Origin: Sporomusaceae bacterium
Lineage (GTDB): Bacteria; Bacillota; Negativicutes; UBA1444
Direction of reading: 5' to 3'
Assembly (NCBI GenBank): GCA_018434355.1
Contig: JAHDPL010000024.1
Coordinates: 128,522 to 192,521 of the forward strand
DNA length: 64,000 nucleotides
In this document: positions 1 through 10,083 of the stretch, piece by piece
How positions within the stretch are numbered: position 1 is the first letter of the stretch
Layout of the letters: every line of letters starts with the position of its first letter
Made by a program: the position numbers and the translations under genes
Notes under the pieces: model-generated
Databases searched by the model: none
What the model saw: the letters and a program-made list of their open reading frames with translations, nothing else
Told to the model about the DNA's origin: nothing

Positions 1-2
1 GC

Positions 3-140
3 TACGCAACTGTTTATGGCAGTTTGGGCGGCATGTTCGCCTTGATATTCTGGCTGTATCTCAGTACGTTGATTTTTTTGCTTGGCGGTGCTATTAATGC
101 AATTTGCAGCGACGATAAGGAAGGGGAAGTCAGAACATGA
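3..140 (+). CDS. C-terminal fragment (5' end outside window) of a YihY/BrkB-family integral membrane protein
   Basis: Frame-3 translation ...YGSLGGMFALIFWLYLSTLIFLLGGAINAICSDDKEGEVRT* resembles the conserved C-terminal TM segment of YihY/BrkB proteins; stop overlaps next gene start (ATGA). Confidence 0.4.
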   Translation, partial: YATVYGSLGGMFALIFWLYLSTLIFLLGGAINAICSDDKEGEVRT

Positions 141-1306
141 TACTGCCTTTACAAGGGATCCGCGTACTGGATTTGTCCAGATTGCTGCCGGGGCCGTACT
201 GCTCACAGATGTTGGCGGATTTCGGCGCCGATGTGGTTAAAGTCGAGGATGGCGAACGCGGCGACTATCTGCGGGATTTCCCGCCACACGGTGAACGTTG
301 GAGTGTGTTGTACGAATCGGTGAATCGCAACAAGCGCAGCATCAAGCTTGACCTGAAGCAGGATGCGGGAAAAGCAGTCTTTCGCGCCTTGGTGAGACAA
401 TACGACGTGGTGCTGGAGGGGTTTCGTCCCGGTGTGATGGACAAACTGGGACTGGGTTACGAAGCGCTGCGCGAAATCAATCCAAGACTGATTTATTGCG
501 CGATTACCGGCTATGGACAGGACGGACCTTACAAGTTCATGGGAGGACACGACGTCAATTATTTGAGTTATGCCGGGATTACCGGCTTGTTTGGCGAACT
601 GGACGGCAAACCGGCGATGGGCGACATCCAGATTGCCGATATTGGCGGTGGCGCATTAATGGCTGTGATTGGAATCTTGCTGGCGATTCAGGCGAGGACC
701 GTTACCGGACGCGGACAGTTTTGCGATGTTTCGATGCTGGATGGGGTGGTTAGTTGGCTGCCATTTATTCTGGCAAGGTTCGGTGCAGGTGAAAAGCCGG
801 TGCGGGGCACCGGCTTGCTTGGCGGCAGTTATGCCTGTTATCAGGTTTATCCGACTGCAGACGGGAAGTATATCAGCCTCGGCGCCTTGGAAGACAAGTT
901 TTGGCAATGCTTTTGCCGCCTGATTGGCCGCGAGGAATATATCCGGCAACAGATGGATTTGGCGGCGCAGCCGGAGATCATCCGGTCATTGCAGGAAATG
1001 TTTCGGCAAAAAAGTCAGGCGGAATGGTTGGAGTTTTTTGCTGGTCAGGACATCTGCCTGTCACCGGTCAATGAATTGGCGCAAGTGCTGGAAAATCCAC
1101 AGATCCGGCATCGGCAGATGGTTGTGACGGAGCCGGGCGAAAAGTCTTCGACACTGCTGGCCGGCATTCCGATTAAGTTATCGGACACACCGGGCCAAAT
1201 CCGGCCGGGCTCTCCCGCGCAGGGCGAACACACGCGTCAAATTCTTGGCGACATCGGCTATTCAGATGCGGAACTGGATGAACTGGCCAAACAGCAGATC
1301 ATTTAA
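137..1306 (+). CDS. CoA-transferase family III (CaiB/BaiF/formyl-CoA transferase-like)
   Basis: 389 aa; N-terminus MILPLQGIRVLDLSRLLPGPYCSQMLADFGADVVKVE is the hallmark family III CoA-transferase start. Confidence 0.8.
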   Translation: MILPLQGIRVLDLSRLLPGPYCSQMLADFGADVVKVEDGERGDYLRDFPPHGERWSVLYESVNRNKRSIKLDLKQDAGKAVFRALVRQYDVVLEGFRPGVMDKLGLGYEALREINPRLIYCAITGYGQDGPYKFMGGHDVNYLSYAGITGLFGELDGKPAMGDIQIADIGGGALMAVIGILLAIQARTVTGRGQFCDVSMLDGVVSWLPFILARFGAGEKPVRGTGLLGGSYACYQVYPTADGKYISLGALEDKFWQCFCRLIGREEYIRQQMDLAAQPEIIRSLQEMFRQKSQAEWLEFFAGQDICLSPVNELAQVLENPQIRHRQMVVTEPGEKSSTLLAGIPIKLSDTPGQIRPGSPAQGEHTRQILGDIGYSDAELDELAKQQII

Positions 1307-2303
1307 CGACGCTGTTGCGGTCAGCAAGTACATGGGACAAAATTTCACGGGCCCGCTGCGTAAACAGTTTGGTTCCAGCAATGTTTGGTTCCTCGTTCAG
1401 TTTTTGCATTAGCAACCCGTCGTTGCCGAACCAGCAGGGCAGGACTGCGCCCAAAAAGTAGCCGCGACTACGCAGACAAGCGACTGCTTCGCCAATGGCG
1501 GGGTCGGTCAGCGGCAGGAATGCTTGGTGAATGCGGATATCGGCCGTTGCAGTCTGCGTCTCGTAATCCGCCAGACAGGCGGCGAAGTCGCCGCCGAGTT
1601 GAAGGAAGGTCAGCCTTGCCACAGCCACTGAGGTGAAAATATCCAGGTTGCCGCGCGTCGGCCTGTCTGTCGCCAAAAGCGCCATGCTGTCGACAAAGCG
1701 GTGGCCGTGATCAAATCCGGAATACAGGAAAGGCAACTGGCGGGTATAGGCAGCAGGCAGATAGATTGTTTGCGGCTGGGGCGGTCCATAATTGCGAAAG
1801 ATGGTTACAACAGATATTCTGCCGCGATTTTCGCCACGCATGGCCTGCGCCATTGCTCCTCCCGGCAACAGATCGAGTTCGAGGCCGGTTTCGGCATGAC
1901 CACTGACGGTGTAAATGCGCTGGGAAAACAGGTGGTTGGTGACGGCTTCTCCCCAGGTGTAACGGATTTGATATTTCAAAGGAATCTGTTCAATCGCAAA
2001 TAGGGTAAGTTCGCTGGCCAGGTTGCTGCCGCGCCAGTCGTGATGCACCACCAGTTGGCATGCCTCGTACAGGCCGCGATTGGGCGGCGACGAGCGGGTA
2101 TAAGCGGTGTGTCCGATCACTTCACCACTGGCGGAACGGGCTACGGCACGATAGACGTCTCCCTGTTCCTGTCCGGCGATGAGTTGGTCCGGATCGTAGA
2201 CGGAGGGAACATGGTAGTCTTCACCATAAATGGCGCGATATAAGGCGATAACTCCTGCTGCGTCTTCCGGGCGGAATAAATCCACGGTCCAAGTTGCTGA
2301 CAT
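1299..2303 (-). CDS. GNAT-family N-acetyltransferase with C-terminal extension
   Basis: ORF track extends to 2465 but GGAGG + 8 nt + ATG (MSATWTVDLFRPEDAAGVIALYRAIYGED...) at 2303 is the likely start; acetyl-CoA-binding-like motifs. Confidence 0.55.
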   Translation of the reverse strand: MSATWTVDLFRPEDAAGVIALYRAIYGEDYHVPSVYDPDQLIAGQEQGDVYRAVARSASGEVIGHTAYTRSSPPNRGLYEACQLVVHHDWRGSNLASELTLFAIEQIPLKYQIRYTWGEAVTNHLFSQRIYTVSGHAETGLELDLLPGGAMAQAMRGENRGRISVVTIFRNYGPPQPQTIYLPAAYTRQLPFLYSGFDHGHRFVDSMALLATDRPTRGNLDIFTSVAVARLTFLQLGGDFAACLADYETQTATADIRIHQAFLPLTDPAIGEAVACLRSRGYFLGAVLPCWFGNDGLLMQKLNEEPNIAGTKLFTQRAREILSHVLADRNSVVK

Positions 2304-2470
2304 CAACGAAACCTCCCTGCATGCATGACAATACATGACAACATGTTTATCAATGATATTCATCACGCGAGCAAAAATACCTTTTGAGGGAATCCGGCAA
2401 TCATTTATGCAGTGACTCCATGATGAGATTTTACTGCAGTGTTTTATAAAGCAATGGAGGGACAAAAAAC

Positions 2471-3481
2471 TTGGAAACCATGATCGGAATCAATCGGGCC
2501 ATACTGCACATTCTGGACTTCAACTCGAACCTGACCGTGTTTTCCGAGCAGGAACTGGAGCTTGGCAGCGGCAGCGCCGCAGCCTATCTGATGAAGCACT
2601 TGGAACGTTCGTTTACTGATTCGGCGCTAAAACCGGGAACTTTAAACCAGACTAGTGCTATGAAGGCAGAACTCGCCGCCTATGCAGCAGGTGAAATCAG
2701 TTTTGTCCAGTTGTCAACGCAGATTGCCGGCGCGCTGTATCAGGCGATTGCCCAGTCAGATAAAATGGTTTCGGCCGATGTGCTGGTCTGTGACATCAGC
2801 GTGAACGGCGAGCAGGTGGTCGCGATTTTAAAATGCAACAACCGGGTCGGTTTTACCCATCAGGTAGCGCAGGGGGAAGCGGGGATCAGCAACAGCATCA
2901 TCCATCATTACGCGATCCTGCCCAGTCTGGCCCATAAACTGGATGAGTACGCATTTGTCTGGGTAGCGTCGGGCGAGATTCGCTTCGTCGACAAAAAATG
3001 TTCGATTGGCGGAAACGACGTCTATATTTTGCCGGAAATCGTGCTTGACTGCAGCTCGCGGGTTTCCCAGAAAGACACGATCGCGATGGTGACTTCGATC
3101 ACCCGCAAAGTGGCCGAGAGTCATGGCGAAAACCCGGCGATGGCGGTATCGCGGGCAAAAACTCTGATCATGGAGAATGCCGAAGTGTCGGAATATCTTG
3201 ACCCAAAAGAACTCGGCAGCGCGGTGTTTGCCGCGTCGCCGTTGATGCAGCAGCAATACCTGCAGGAAGCGGCTCAGGCCGGCTTGGACGAAGTGGTCAA
3301 AATCGACCGCAATCTGGCGGTGCGAACCGGGCGGACCCAAAAACTCAAAACCGATACCGGCATCGAAATCACGATTCCGATCGATTATTTTCAGAACACG
3401 GAGTATGTGGAGTTCATCAACAATCCAAACGGGACCTTGTCGATTGCGTTGAAGAATATTGGCAAACTGGTGGACAAATAG
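2471..3481 (+). CDS. NdpA/YejK-like nucleoid-associated protein (putative)
   Basis: 336 aa; N-terminal I.INRAILHIL motif and overall size match the 37-kDa nucleoid-associated protein family; overlaps start of next gene. Confidence 0.5.
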   Translation: METMIGINRAILHILDFNSNLTVFSEQELELGSGSAAAYLMKHLERSFTDSALKPGTLNQTSAMKAELAAYAAGEISFVQLSTQIAGALYQAIAQSDKMVSADVLVCDISVNGEQVVAILKCNNRVGFTHQVAQGEAGISNSIIHHYAILPSLAHKLDEYAFVWVASGEIRFVDKKCSIGGNDVYILPEIVLDCSSRVSQKDTIAMVTSITRKVAESHGENPAMAVSRAKTLIMENAEVSEYLDPKELGSAVFAASPLMQQQYLQEAAQAGLDEVVKIDRNLAVRTGRTQKLKTDTGIEITIPIDYFQNTEYVEFINNPNGTLSIALKNIGKLVDK

Positions 3482-3512
3482 CCGGTTTCCTGGCGTAAAG
3501 GAGGCATTACTG

Positions 3513-5075
3513 TTGCCTGTTTCAGTCGAACAAATTATGAATTTGGAAGATATCTCAAGTGTTGCGAAGCTAGTTGCCGGTCATGGCGGCATCAAAAACC
3601 AGGTAACTTTCGTTACGATCTCAGAAGCGCCAGACTTTTATCAATGGGTATATGGGGGAGAATTCGTTTTATCAACCCTTTACGCATTTAAAGATTATCC
3701 CGAATTGCGCGCTACTGCATATCGGGAGTTGGCCAAACGCGGCGTATCGGCAGTTGCCATCAAAACAAAACGGTTTTATGATGAAATACCGGCGGACCTG
3801 ATTGAAATTGCAAATGAATATAACATGCCGCTATTTGAAGTGGAGCGGGAAACCAAATTTCGCCAGATTATCCAGGCAATCACTGCAGAACTAAACAATG
3901 AACAGACCAATTTGTTGAAAGAAGTGGAACGGCATTATCAAGAACTGGCAGAAGCGGCGCTGATAGGTGGTGATTATGATCAGCTAGTTCGTGGTTTTGG
4001 CCGTCGCAGGAAATGTAATGTCTTGTGTTTTCGCGCAGATAATTTATTAGTGGGTAGCTATGTACCCAAAGCACGAGAGATGGACATAGCCGTCGTTCAG
4101 GATCAGATTGTCGCCTATCAACGACAATTTGGCGAAATCATGCAAAACATAACACTCACTGGCTGGCATGTGTTTCCTTGTATAACTCGAGGCCAGGCGA
4201 TTGGTTACCTAATGATCGCAGACCCCAGTCCTCTGACCGAAAAATTCGCCTTGATGGCCAAGCAACTGACAACATTTCTGACCTTAAAGCTGATCGATCA
4301 GCTGGATATGGAACAAAGGACATTGACAGCGTTGTTTGACGATATCTTGTTCAAACACAATCTTACGGAAGACGAGTTGCGTGAACGTTTGGCTTTGCAT
4401 GGGCTCAAACGGACCGGTTTTTATCGTGTGGTCGTTGTTCAGCAAGCAAACAAAATTTCGGACGTGGCTGATGATGGTAGTTTCAGGACGGTTTGTGGGA
4501 AAATACGGACGGCGTTGGGAGAAGCTTTGTTAATCAATAAGCCGGATGAAGCGATTTTCATTGCTGCAGGGCAACAGGCTGACGGAGATTCGTTGTTGGC
4601 TGGGTTCAAAAAACTTGATGCAGAAATATTGTCCAGCGAGGCTCCATTCTGTATCGGTATCGGTCCTGCAGTTGCCAATGCAAGAGAAATTCACAGCAGC
4701 TATTTGATTGCGCAAAGTACAGTCAGAGCAGGAACTGCTTTCGAGCAAGGCGGCATCCACTATTATTCCGAATTTCTGGCGCGGATATTATTGCTGCGCA
4801 CGACCGATACCGCTGAAAACAAGTATTTGCAGGAAGTGGTAATCGCTCCCCTGTTAGCGCAGGATTTGCGTTATAACACGCAGCTGCTGCACAGCCTGGG
4901 CGCCCTGATTTTTGCTGATGATTTGGAAGCTGCAGCGTCGGCCCTATTTGTTCATATCAATACGGTAAGATATCGGCTCAACAAGATAAAACAGTTGACG
5001 GGATACGATTTTTTTACTGCCAAAGGCCGTTATACACTCACCACAGCCTACCTAATGCACCGGTTTGTTCAGTAG
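3513..5075 (+). CDS. PucR-family transcriptional regulator
   Basis: C-terminal PucR HTH (LFVHINTVRYRLNKIKQLTGYDFFTAKGRY); start assigned to TTG 8 nt after AAAGGAGG (ORF track begins at 3459; ATG 3537 alternative). Confidence 0.7.
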   Translation: MPVSVEQIMNLEDISSVAKLVAGHGGIKNQVTFVTISEAPDFYQWVYGGEFVLSTLYAFKDYPELRATAYRELAKRGVSAVAIKTKRFYDEIPADLIEIANEYNMPLFEVERETKFRQIIQAITAELNNEQTNLLKEVERHYQELAEAALIGGDYDQLVRGFGRRRKCNVLCFRADNLLVGSYVPKAREMDIAVVQDQIVAYQRQFGEIMQNITLTGWHVFPCITRGQAIGYLMIADPSPLTEKFALMAKQLTTFLTLKLIDQLDMEQRTLTALFDDILFKHNLTEDELRERLALHGLKRTGFYRVVVVQQANKISDVADDGSFRTVCGKIRTALGEALLINKPDEAIFIAAGQQADGDSLLAGFKKLDAEILSSEAPFCIGIGPAVANAREIHSSYLIAQSTVRAGTAFEQGGIHYYSEFLARILLLRTTDTAENKYLQEVVIAPLLAQDLRYNTQLLHSLGALIFADDLEAAASALFVHINTVRYRLNKIKQLTGYDFFTAKGRYTLTTAYLMHRFVQ

Positions 5076-5113
5076 TTTGTAGAAAACAACAAAAATTCAC
5101 GCTTTTTTTCACA

Positions 5114-5143
5114 GCCTTCTACGAAGGCTTTTTTTATTTTTTA
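5114..5143 (+). terminator. Rho-independent terminator after PucR gene
   Basis: GCCTTCTACGAAGGC hairpin followed by T-run. Confidence 0.7.
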
Positions 5144-5230
5144 AACTAATATTAGTACTGTAAATGCGAAGGCATAATACGTAATGCTCGACAGCGAAAA
5201 AGAGTGATGAAAGTGAGGTGAAAACATCCA

Positions 5231-6052
5231 ATGAAAAACAAGGTCATATTGACACTGGCTCCGACTGGCAATGTGCCGACAAAGGAAATGAATCCGAATG
5301 TGCCGATAACACCGGCGGAGATTGCGGCGCAAATTTATCAGTGCTGGCGGGAAGGGGCAGCCGTTGCGCACATTCACACCCGTGACCAAGCCGGATTGCC
5401 AACCTCCGACGTGGAAGTAAACCGGCAGGTGTTGGCTGAATTGGACAAATATCCCGACTGCGATATTATTCGGCAACTTTCCACTGGCGGTCGCGCCGGA
5501 AAAAGCTATACGGAACGGGGACAGATGCTTTGCCTGGGGCCGGAGATGGCGAGTCTGGCAACCGGTTCATCCAATTTTCCCGCCAAAGCAAATCTGAACG
5601 ATCCGGAAACCATTTGTTATTTGGCGGGAGAAATGAAGAAGTATGGCGTGAAACCGGAAGTGGAAGTCTTTGATTCGGCAATGTTGTTTAACGCAATCCA
5701 GCTGGCTGACAAAGGGGTAATCGACTGGCCTTTGCAGATCAACTTTGTGCTTGGTGTACCAGGGTCTTTGCCTGCCTCGTTCAAGAATTTATTTTTCCTC
5801 TATGAACAACTGCCGGATAATTGCACATGGTCAATTACTGCCGTTGGGAGGGAACATGTGGAACTCTCAACGATGGCGCTGGCTCTGGGAGGGAATGTGC
5901 GGGTTGGCTTGGAGGACAATGTTTTTTATTCCCGCGGGGTACTCGCTACGAACCTTAGTTTGCTGAAACGAATGAAGGCGATTACTCTAGCCATGGGAAA
6001 AGAAATCGCCAGCCCGGCGGAAGCACGTCAAATATTAGCGCTCGGAAAATGA
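5231..6052 (+). CDS. BKACE-family beta-keto acid cleavage enzyme (3-keto-5-aminohexanoate cleavage enzyme-like, DUF849), paralog 1
   Basis: 273 aa; MKNKVILTLAPTGNVPTKE...AHIHTRD with HxH zinc-ligand motif typical of Kce/BKACE. Confidence 0.8.
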   Translation: MKNKVILTLAPTGNVPTKEMNPNVPITPAEIAAQIYQCWREGAAVAHIHTRDQAGLPTSDVEVNRQVLAELDKYPDCDIIRQLSTGGRAGKSYTERGQMLCLGPEMASLATGSSNFPAKANLNDPETICYLAGEMKKYGVKPEVEVFDSAMLFNAIQLADKGVIDWPLQINFVLGVPGSLPASFKNLFFLYEQLPDNCTWSITAVGREHVELSTMALALGGNVRVGLEDNVFYSRGVLATNLSLLKRMKAITLAMGKEIASPAEARQILALGK

Positions 6053-6091
6053 TTCGATACTGACAGAAATAGAAATAATAGGAGGGTCTTC

Positions 6092-7417
6092 ATGCAAAAG
6101 CTAACTCGGTTCTTTCTGCGTTTGGTCCAGGAATATTTGCCGGATGCCTATATCTTGGCAGTCATCCTATCGATGATCGTTTTTGTTGCCGGTATCTTTA
6201 TTGCCGGCAAGACGCCGCTGCAGATGGTTCAATATTGGGGCGACGGATACCCGTCCCTGTTCAATTTTGGCATGCAGATGGTCATGGTGTTGCTGACCGG
6301 CTATATTCTGGCACTGACTGCCCCCTTGCAAAAAGCGCTGAACTGGATTACCAGTCTGCCGAAAAATCCGCGGCAGGCAGTCGGCCTGACTGCAGCTACT
6401 TCTCTGATCGCTTGCTATTTTAACTGGGGATTTGGTCTGGTTATCGGCGCATTTGTCGCCAAGGCGATGGGCGCCAGGGTCAAAGGCGTTCATTTTCCTG
6501 TATTGGTTGCCGCTGCATACGGCGGGGAAGTCATGCGCGGTCCGTCGTCATCGATTCCTTTGGTATCAGCGACAAAGGGCCACTTTATGGAAAAGATCAT
6601 GGGGATCGTGCCGGTTACAGATACCTTGTATACCTGGTGGAATATCCTGATCAGCGTTGTAGTGTTTGGCATGTTGATTTACTATTTCATGCGGGTTGAA
6701 ACGCCAGCGGAGGAAGTCGTCGAATTCAAAGCGGAAGATCCCATCCTGGTCAAACCGGTTCCGGCAGGCACGGTTGTACGCAGAACTTTTGCCGAAACCT
6801 TGGAAAATAGTTGGTGGGTCAATGCGATGTTTGGCGCTGTACCATTAGTGTATCTGGTTGTAAATTTCAACAAATTGGGATTTGACCTGAATTTGAACTT
6901 GGTAATCATCATTTTCCTGGTGTGTGGATTGTTTTTGCATCGGTCACCCAATGATTATCTTGCTGCTGTCAAAGCGGGAGTTGTTGCCTGTCGTGGCATA
7001 CTGATCCAATTTCCGATTTACGCCACGATGATGAGTATGATGGGGAAATCTGGTTTGGTGGCGATTGTCTCTGCATGGTTCGTGCAAATATCCACCCCGG
7101 AAACTTTCCCGGTATTTACCTTCCTATCTGCAGGATTGATAAACTTCTTCATACCCTCCGGTGGCGGACAGTGGGCGGTGCAGGGGCCGATCATGATGCA
7201 GGCGGCGGAAACCTTACACGCCAACAAGGCGCTGACCATCATGGCGTTCGCCTGGGGCGACTCCTGGACCAATCAAATTCAGCCTTTCTGGGCTCTACCG
7301 CTGCTTGGCGTCGCCGGGCTTTCGGCTCGTGACATTATTGGCTATTGCGTAGTATGGACAGGGATCGTTGGTCTGGTATTGAGTGGCTTCTTCTTGGCGT
7401 TGGGGTTTGTGCTTTAA
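6092..7417 (+). CDS. atoE: AtoE-family short-chain fatty acid transporter, paralog 1
   Basis: 441 aa polytopic membrane protein; N-terminus and overall composition match AtoE (TIGR00366). Confidence 0.75.
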   Translation: MQKLTRFFLRLVQEYLPDAYILAVILSMIVFVAGIFIAGKTPLQMVQYWGDGYPSLFNFGMQMVMVLLTGYILALTAPLQKALNWITSLPKNPRQAVGLTAATSLIACYFNWGFGLVIGAFVAKAMGARVKGVHFPVLVAAAYGGEVMRGPSSSIPLVSATKGHFMEKIMGIVPVTDTLYTWWNILISVVVFGMLIYYFMRVETPAEEVVEFKAEDPILVKPVPAGTVVRRTFAETLENSWWVNAMFGAVPLVYLVVNFNKLGFDLNLNLVIIIFLVCGLFLHRSPNDYLAAVKAGVVACRGILIQFPIYATMMSMMGKSGLVAIVSAWFVQISTPETFPVFTFLSAGLINFFIPSGGGQWAVQGPIMMQAAETLHANKALTIMAFAWGDSWTNQIQPFWALPLLGVAGLSARDIIGYCVVWTGIVGLVLSGFFLALGFVL

Positions 7418-7520
7418 TTCGGGGTTGTAAGTTGATTCGGTAATTTGTTTTGGCGCCCGGGCAACGAGGTTGTTCCAACCCATCGTAGTTCGGGCTGCCA
7501 ATGGAAGGGAAGTTGGGTTA

Positions 7521-8195
7521 ATGAAAAAAGCAATTCAAATTCTTGCGTGTGAACAAGCCATCAAAACGATGATTGCGCCACATAGCAGGGTGATGGTCGG
7601 AGGGTTTGGCTTGCGGGGATATCCGGAAGCCTTGGTCGAAGCCTTGGTAGACAGTGGAATCGGTGAGCTTACAATTATCAGCAATGATCTCGGATCGCCG
7701 GGAGTGGGTCTTGGAAAATTACTAACGAACAACCAACTAAAGGGTTTGGTGGGAAACTACTATAATTGGAATCCGGAAGTTGCATATGCGTACAATGAAG
7801 GGAAAATTACAGTTGACCTGTTGCCGCAGGGGACCTTTGCCGAAGGGATTCGCGCTGCCGGGGCTGGTATTCCCGCTTTTTATACGCTGGCTGGCGTGGG
7901 TACGGAATTGGCTAAAGGCAAAGAAACGAGAAAAATTGGTGAGCGGGATTATGTATTGGAGTATTCCATTTCAGGCGATGTTGCGCTGGTCAAGGCGCAT
8001 AAAGCCGATGAATTGGGTAATTTGGTTTATTATAAAACAGCTCGGAATTTTAACCCCCTGATGGCAATGGCCTGTAAGCACGTTATTGCGCAAGTTGATG
8101 AAATCGTTCCAACAGGGGCGCTGGATCCAGAGTGTATTGTTACTCCGCATATTTTTGTCGATGTTCTGGTCGTGAACGGAGGGAAAGCAAGATGA
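7521..8195 (+). CDS. atoD: 3-oxoacid/acetate CoA-transferase subunit A (family I)
   Basis: MKKAIQIL...VGGFGLRGYPEALVEAL...ISNDLGSPGVGLGKLL; start at ATG 7521 (ORF track starts 7470). Confidence 0.85.
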   Translation: MKKAIQILACEQAIKTMIAPHSRVMVGGFGLRGYPEALVEALVDSGIGELTIISNDLGSPGVGLGKLLTNNQLKGLVGNYYNWNPEVAYAYNEGKITVDLLPQGTFAEGIRAAGAGIPAFYTLAGVGTELAKGKETRKIGERDYVLEYSISGDVALVKAHKADELGNLVYYKTARNFNPLMAMACKHVIAQVDEIVPTGALDPECIVTPHIFVDVLVVNGGKAR

Positions 8196-8875
8196 TACAA
8201 ATAAATGAAGAAACGGCAAAGGAACGGATTGCCCGTCGTATTGCCGCAGAGTTTGATTCCAGCGAGAATCGTTTCGTATTAAATCTGGGAGTAGGAATTC
8301 CCACAATGGTTGCCGATTATGTGAAAAACCCGAATGTATATATCCAGGCGGAGAACGGCATGTTGGGGGTCGGTCCTTTGGCGGCTGAAGGACAGGGAGA
8401 TTGGCAATTGATCAATGCCGGGCGGCAGATTGTTACACAGACGCAAGGCTGCAGTTTTTTCGACAGTTCGATGTCGTTCGGCATGATTCGTGGCGGCCAT
8501 GTCGATGCCACGGTGTTGGGCGCTTTTGAAGTCGATGAACAGGCAAATATCGCCAACTGGATCATTCCCAATGGCAAACAACTTGGGGTTGGCGGAGCAA
8601 TGGATTTGGTCAGCGGTGCCAATCGGGTGATCGTGGCGATTCAGCATCAGGACCGCAAAGGGGTTTCCAAAATCAAACATACATGTTCACTGCCGATTAC
8701 CGGCTTCCATGAAGCAGATATGATCGTGACGGAATATGCTGTGTTTTGCTATGAAAATGAACAACTTGTGTTGAAGGAATATGCGCCCGAAGTTAGCTTG
8801 GACGATGTGCGGTCAATGACAGAAGCAAACTTTGTTGTCAGTCCTCTGGTAAAAGTTATGGAGGTATCGGTATGA
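8192..8875 (+). CDS. atoA: 3-oxoacid/acetate CoA-transferase subunit B
   Basis: MIQINEETAKERIARRIAAEF...AENGMLGVGP (catalytic Glu ENG motif); start overlaps atoD stop (ATGA). Confidence 0.85.
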   Translation: MIQINEETAKERIARRIAAEFDSSENRFVLNLGVGIPTMVADYVKNPNVYIQAENGMLGVGPLAAEGQGDWQLINAGRQIVTQTQGCSFFDSSMSFGMIRGGHVDATVLGAFEVDEQANIANWIIPNGKQLGVGGAMDLVSGANRVIVAIQHQDRKGVSKIKHTCSLPITGFHEADMIVTEYAVFCYENEQLVLKEYAPEVSLDDVRSMTEANFVVSPLVKVMEVSV

Positions 8876-10065
8876 AAGATGCAGTTATTGTTTCGGCAGT
8901 ACGCACAGCAATCGGCAAGTTGGGCGGTTCATTGCAGGATGTGTTGGTCGAACAGTTGGCCAGCCAGACGATTCGGGCAGCGATTGCCAGATCGGGTGTG
9001 GCGGATGAATCCATTGACGAAGTTGTGCTGGGTCATGCAAAACAAAGCAGTGACACGCCGAATCTTGCCCGTGTCGCCGCGCTTTATGCGGAGTTGCCGA
9101 TTGAGTTGTCGGCCTATACGGTGCATCGCCAATGTGGATCGGGAATGCAGGCGGTCATTTCGGCTACCCAGTCGATCAGACTCGGTGATGCACAGGTGAT
9201 TGTCGCAGGTGGCGCCGAAAGTATGAGCACGGCGCCGTATTATATCAGGCAGGCTCGCTTTGGCTATCGTTCCGGCAATGGCGAGTTGCTAGACCCCAAT
9301 ACGGAGAGTCAGCCCAAATCGCAACCGGTTGAAAAATTTGGCAGGATTACGATGGGGCTTACTGCAGAGAATTTAGCGGAAAAGTATGGGATTTCGCGCA
9401 AGACGCAGGATGAGTTTGCGTTGAATAGCCAGAACAAAGCATTAACAGCGATTTCAGACGGACGTTTTGCCGATGAAATCCTTCCTGTACCGGTAAAACA
9501 GGGGAAACAGGTGCACGACTTTCGCATTGATGAGTATCCCAAGCAAACCTCGGAGGAGGTTCTGGCCGGTTTAAAGCCAGCATTCAAGCGAGACGGCACG
9601 GTGACTGCCGGCAATGCCTCGGGGCGCAATGACGGTGCGGCGGCGATGGTGTTGATGGAGCGTGAAAAAGCATTTGAACAGGGAATTGTACCGCAAGTTC
9701 GGGTCGTGTCATATGCCAGCGCCGGTGTTTCACCTGAATTTATGGGGATCGCACCTGTTCCGGCAACTCGCAAAGCGTTAAAGTTGGCAGGCTTGTCGCT
9801 AAAAGAAATTGATTTGATTGAACTGAATGAGGCGTTTGCCGCCCAGAGTTTGGCTGTTGTGAAAGAACTGCAAATTGACCATGAAAAGTTGAATGTAAAC
9901 GGCGGAGCCATCGCCTTGGGTCATCCTATTGGTTGTTCCGGGGCACGGATTATCGTAACGTTGATTCACGAAATGTTGAAACGAAAATCGCGATATGGAT
10001 TGGCGACGCTGTGCATCGCAGGCGGCCAGGGCAGTGCGGTGATTTTGGAAAACATGCAAGTATAG
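8872..10065 (+). CDS. acetyl-CoA C-acetyltransferase (thiolase II)
   Basis: 397 aa; MKDAVIVSAVRTAIGKLGGSL, active-site Cys (VHRQCGSGMQAV), NEAFAAQ, GHPIGCSGARI. Confidence 0.9.
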   Translation: MKDAVIVSAVRTAIGKLGGSLQDVLVEQLASQTIRAAIARSGVADESIDEVVLGHAKQSSDTPNLARVAALYAELPIELSAYTVHRQCGSGMQAVISATQSIRLGDAQVIVAGGAESMSTAPYYIRQARFGYRSGNGELLDPNTESQPKSQPVEKFGRITMGLTAENLAEKYGISRKTQDEFALNSQNKALTAISDGRFADEILPVPVKQGKQVHDFRIDEYPKQTSEEVLAGLKPAFKRDGTVTAGNASGRNDGAAAMVLMEREKAFEQGIVPQVRVVSYASAGVSPEFMGIAPVPATRKALKLAGLSLKEIDLIELNEAFAAQSLAVVKELQIDHEKLNVNGGAIALGHPIGCSGARIIVTLIHEMLKRKSRYGLATLCIAGGQGSAVILENMQV

Positions 10066-10083
10066 CCCCAATAAGGGTTTTCG

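Noticed and set aside
5231-10065. Interpretation as a complete lysine fermentation (3-keto-5-aminohexanoate) pathway
   Set aside because: No lysine 2,3-aminomutase, beta-lysine 5,6-aminomutase, 3,5-diaminohexanoate dehydrogenase or 3-aminobutyryl-CoA ammonia-lyase genes accompany either BKACE paralog in this window.
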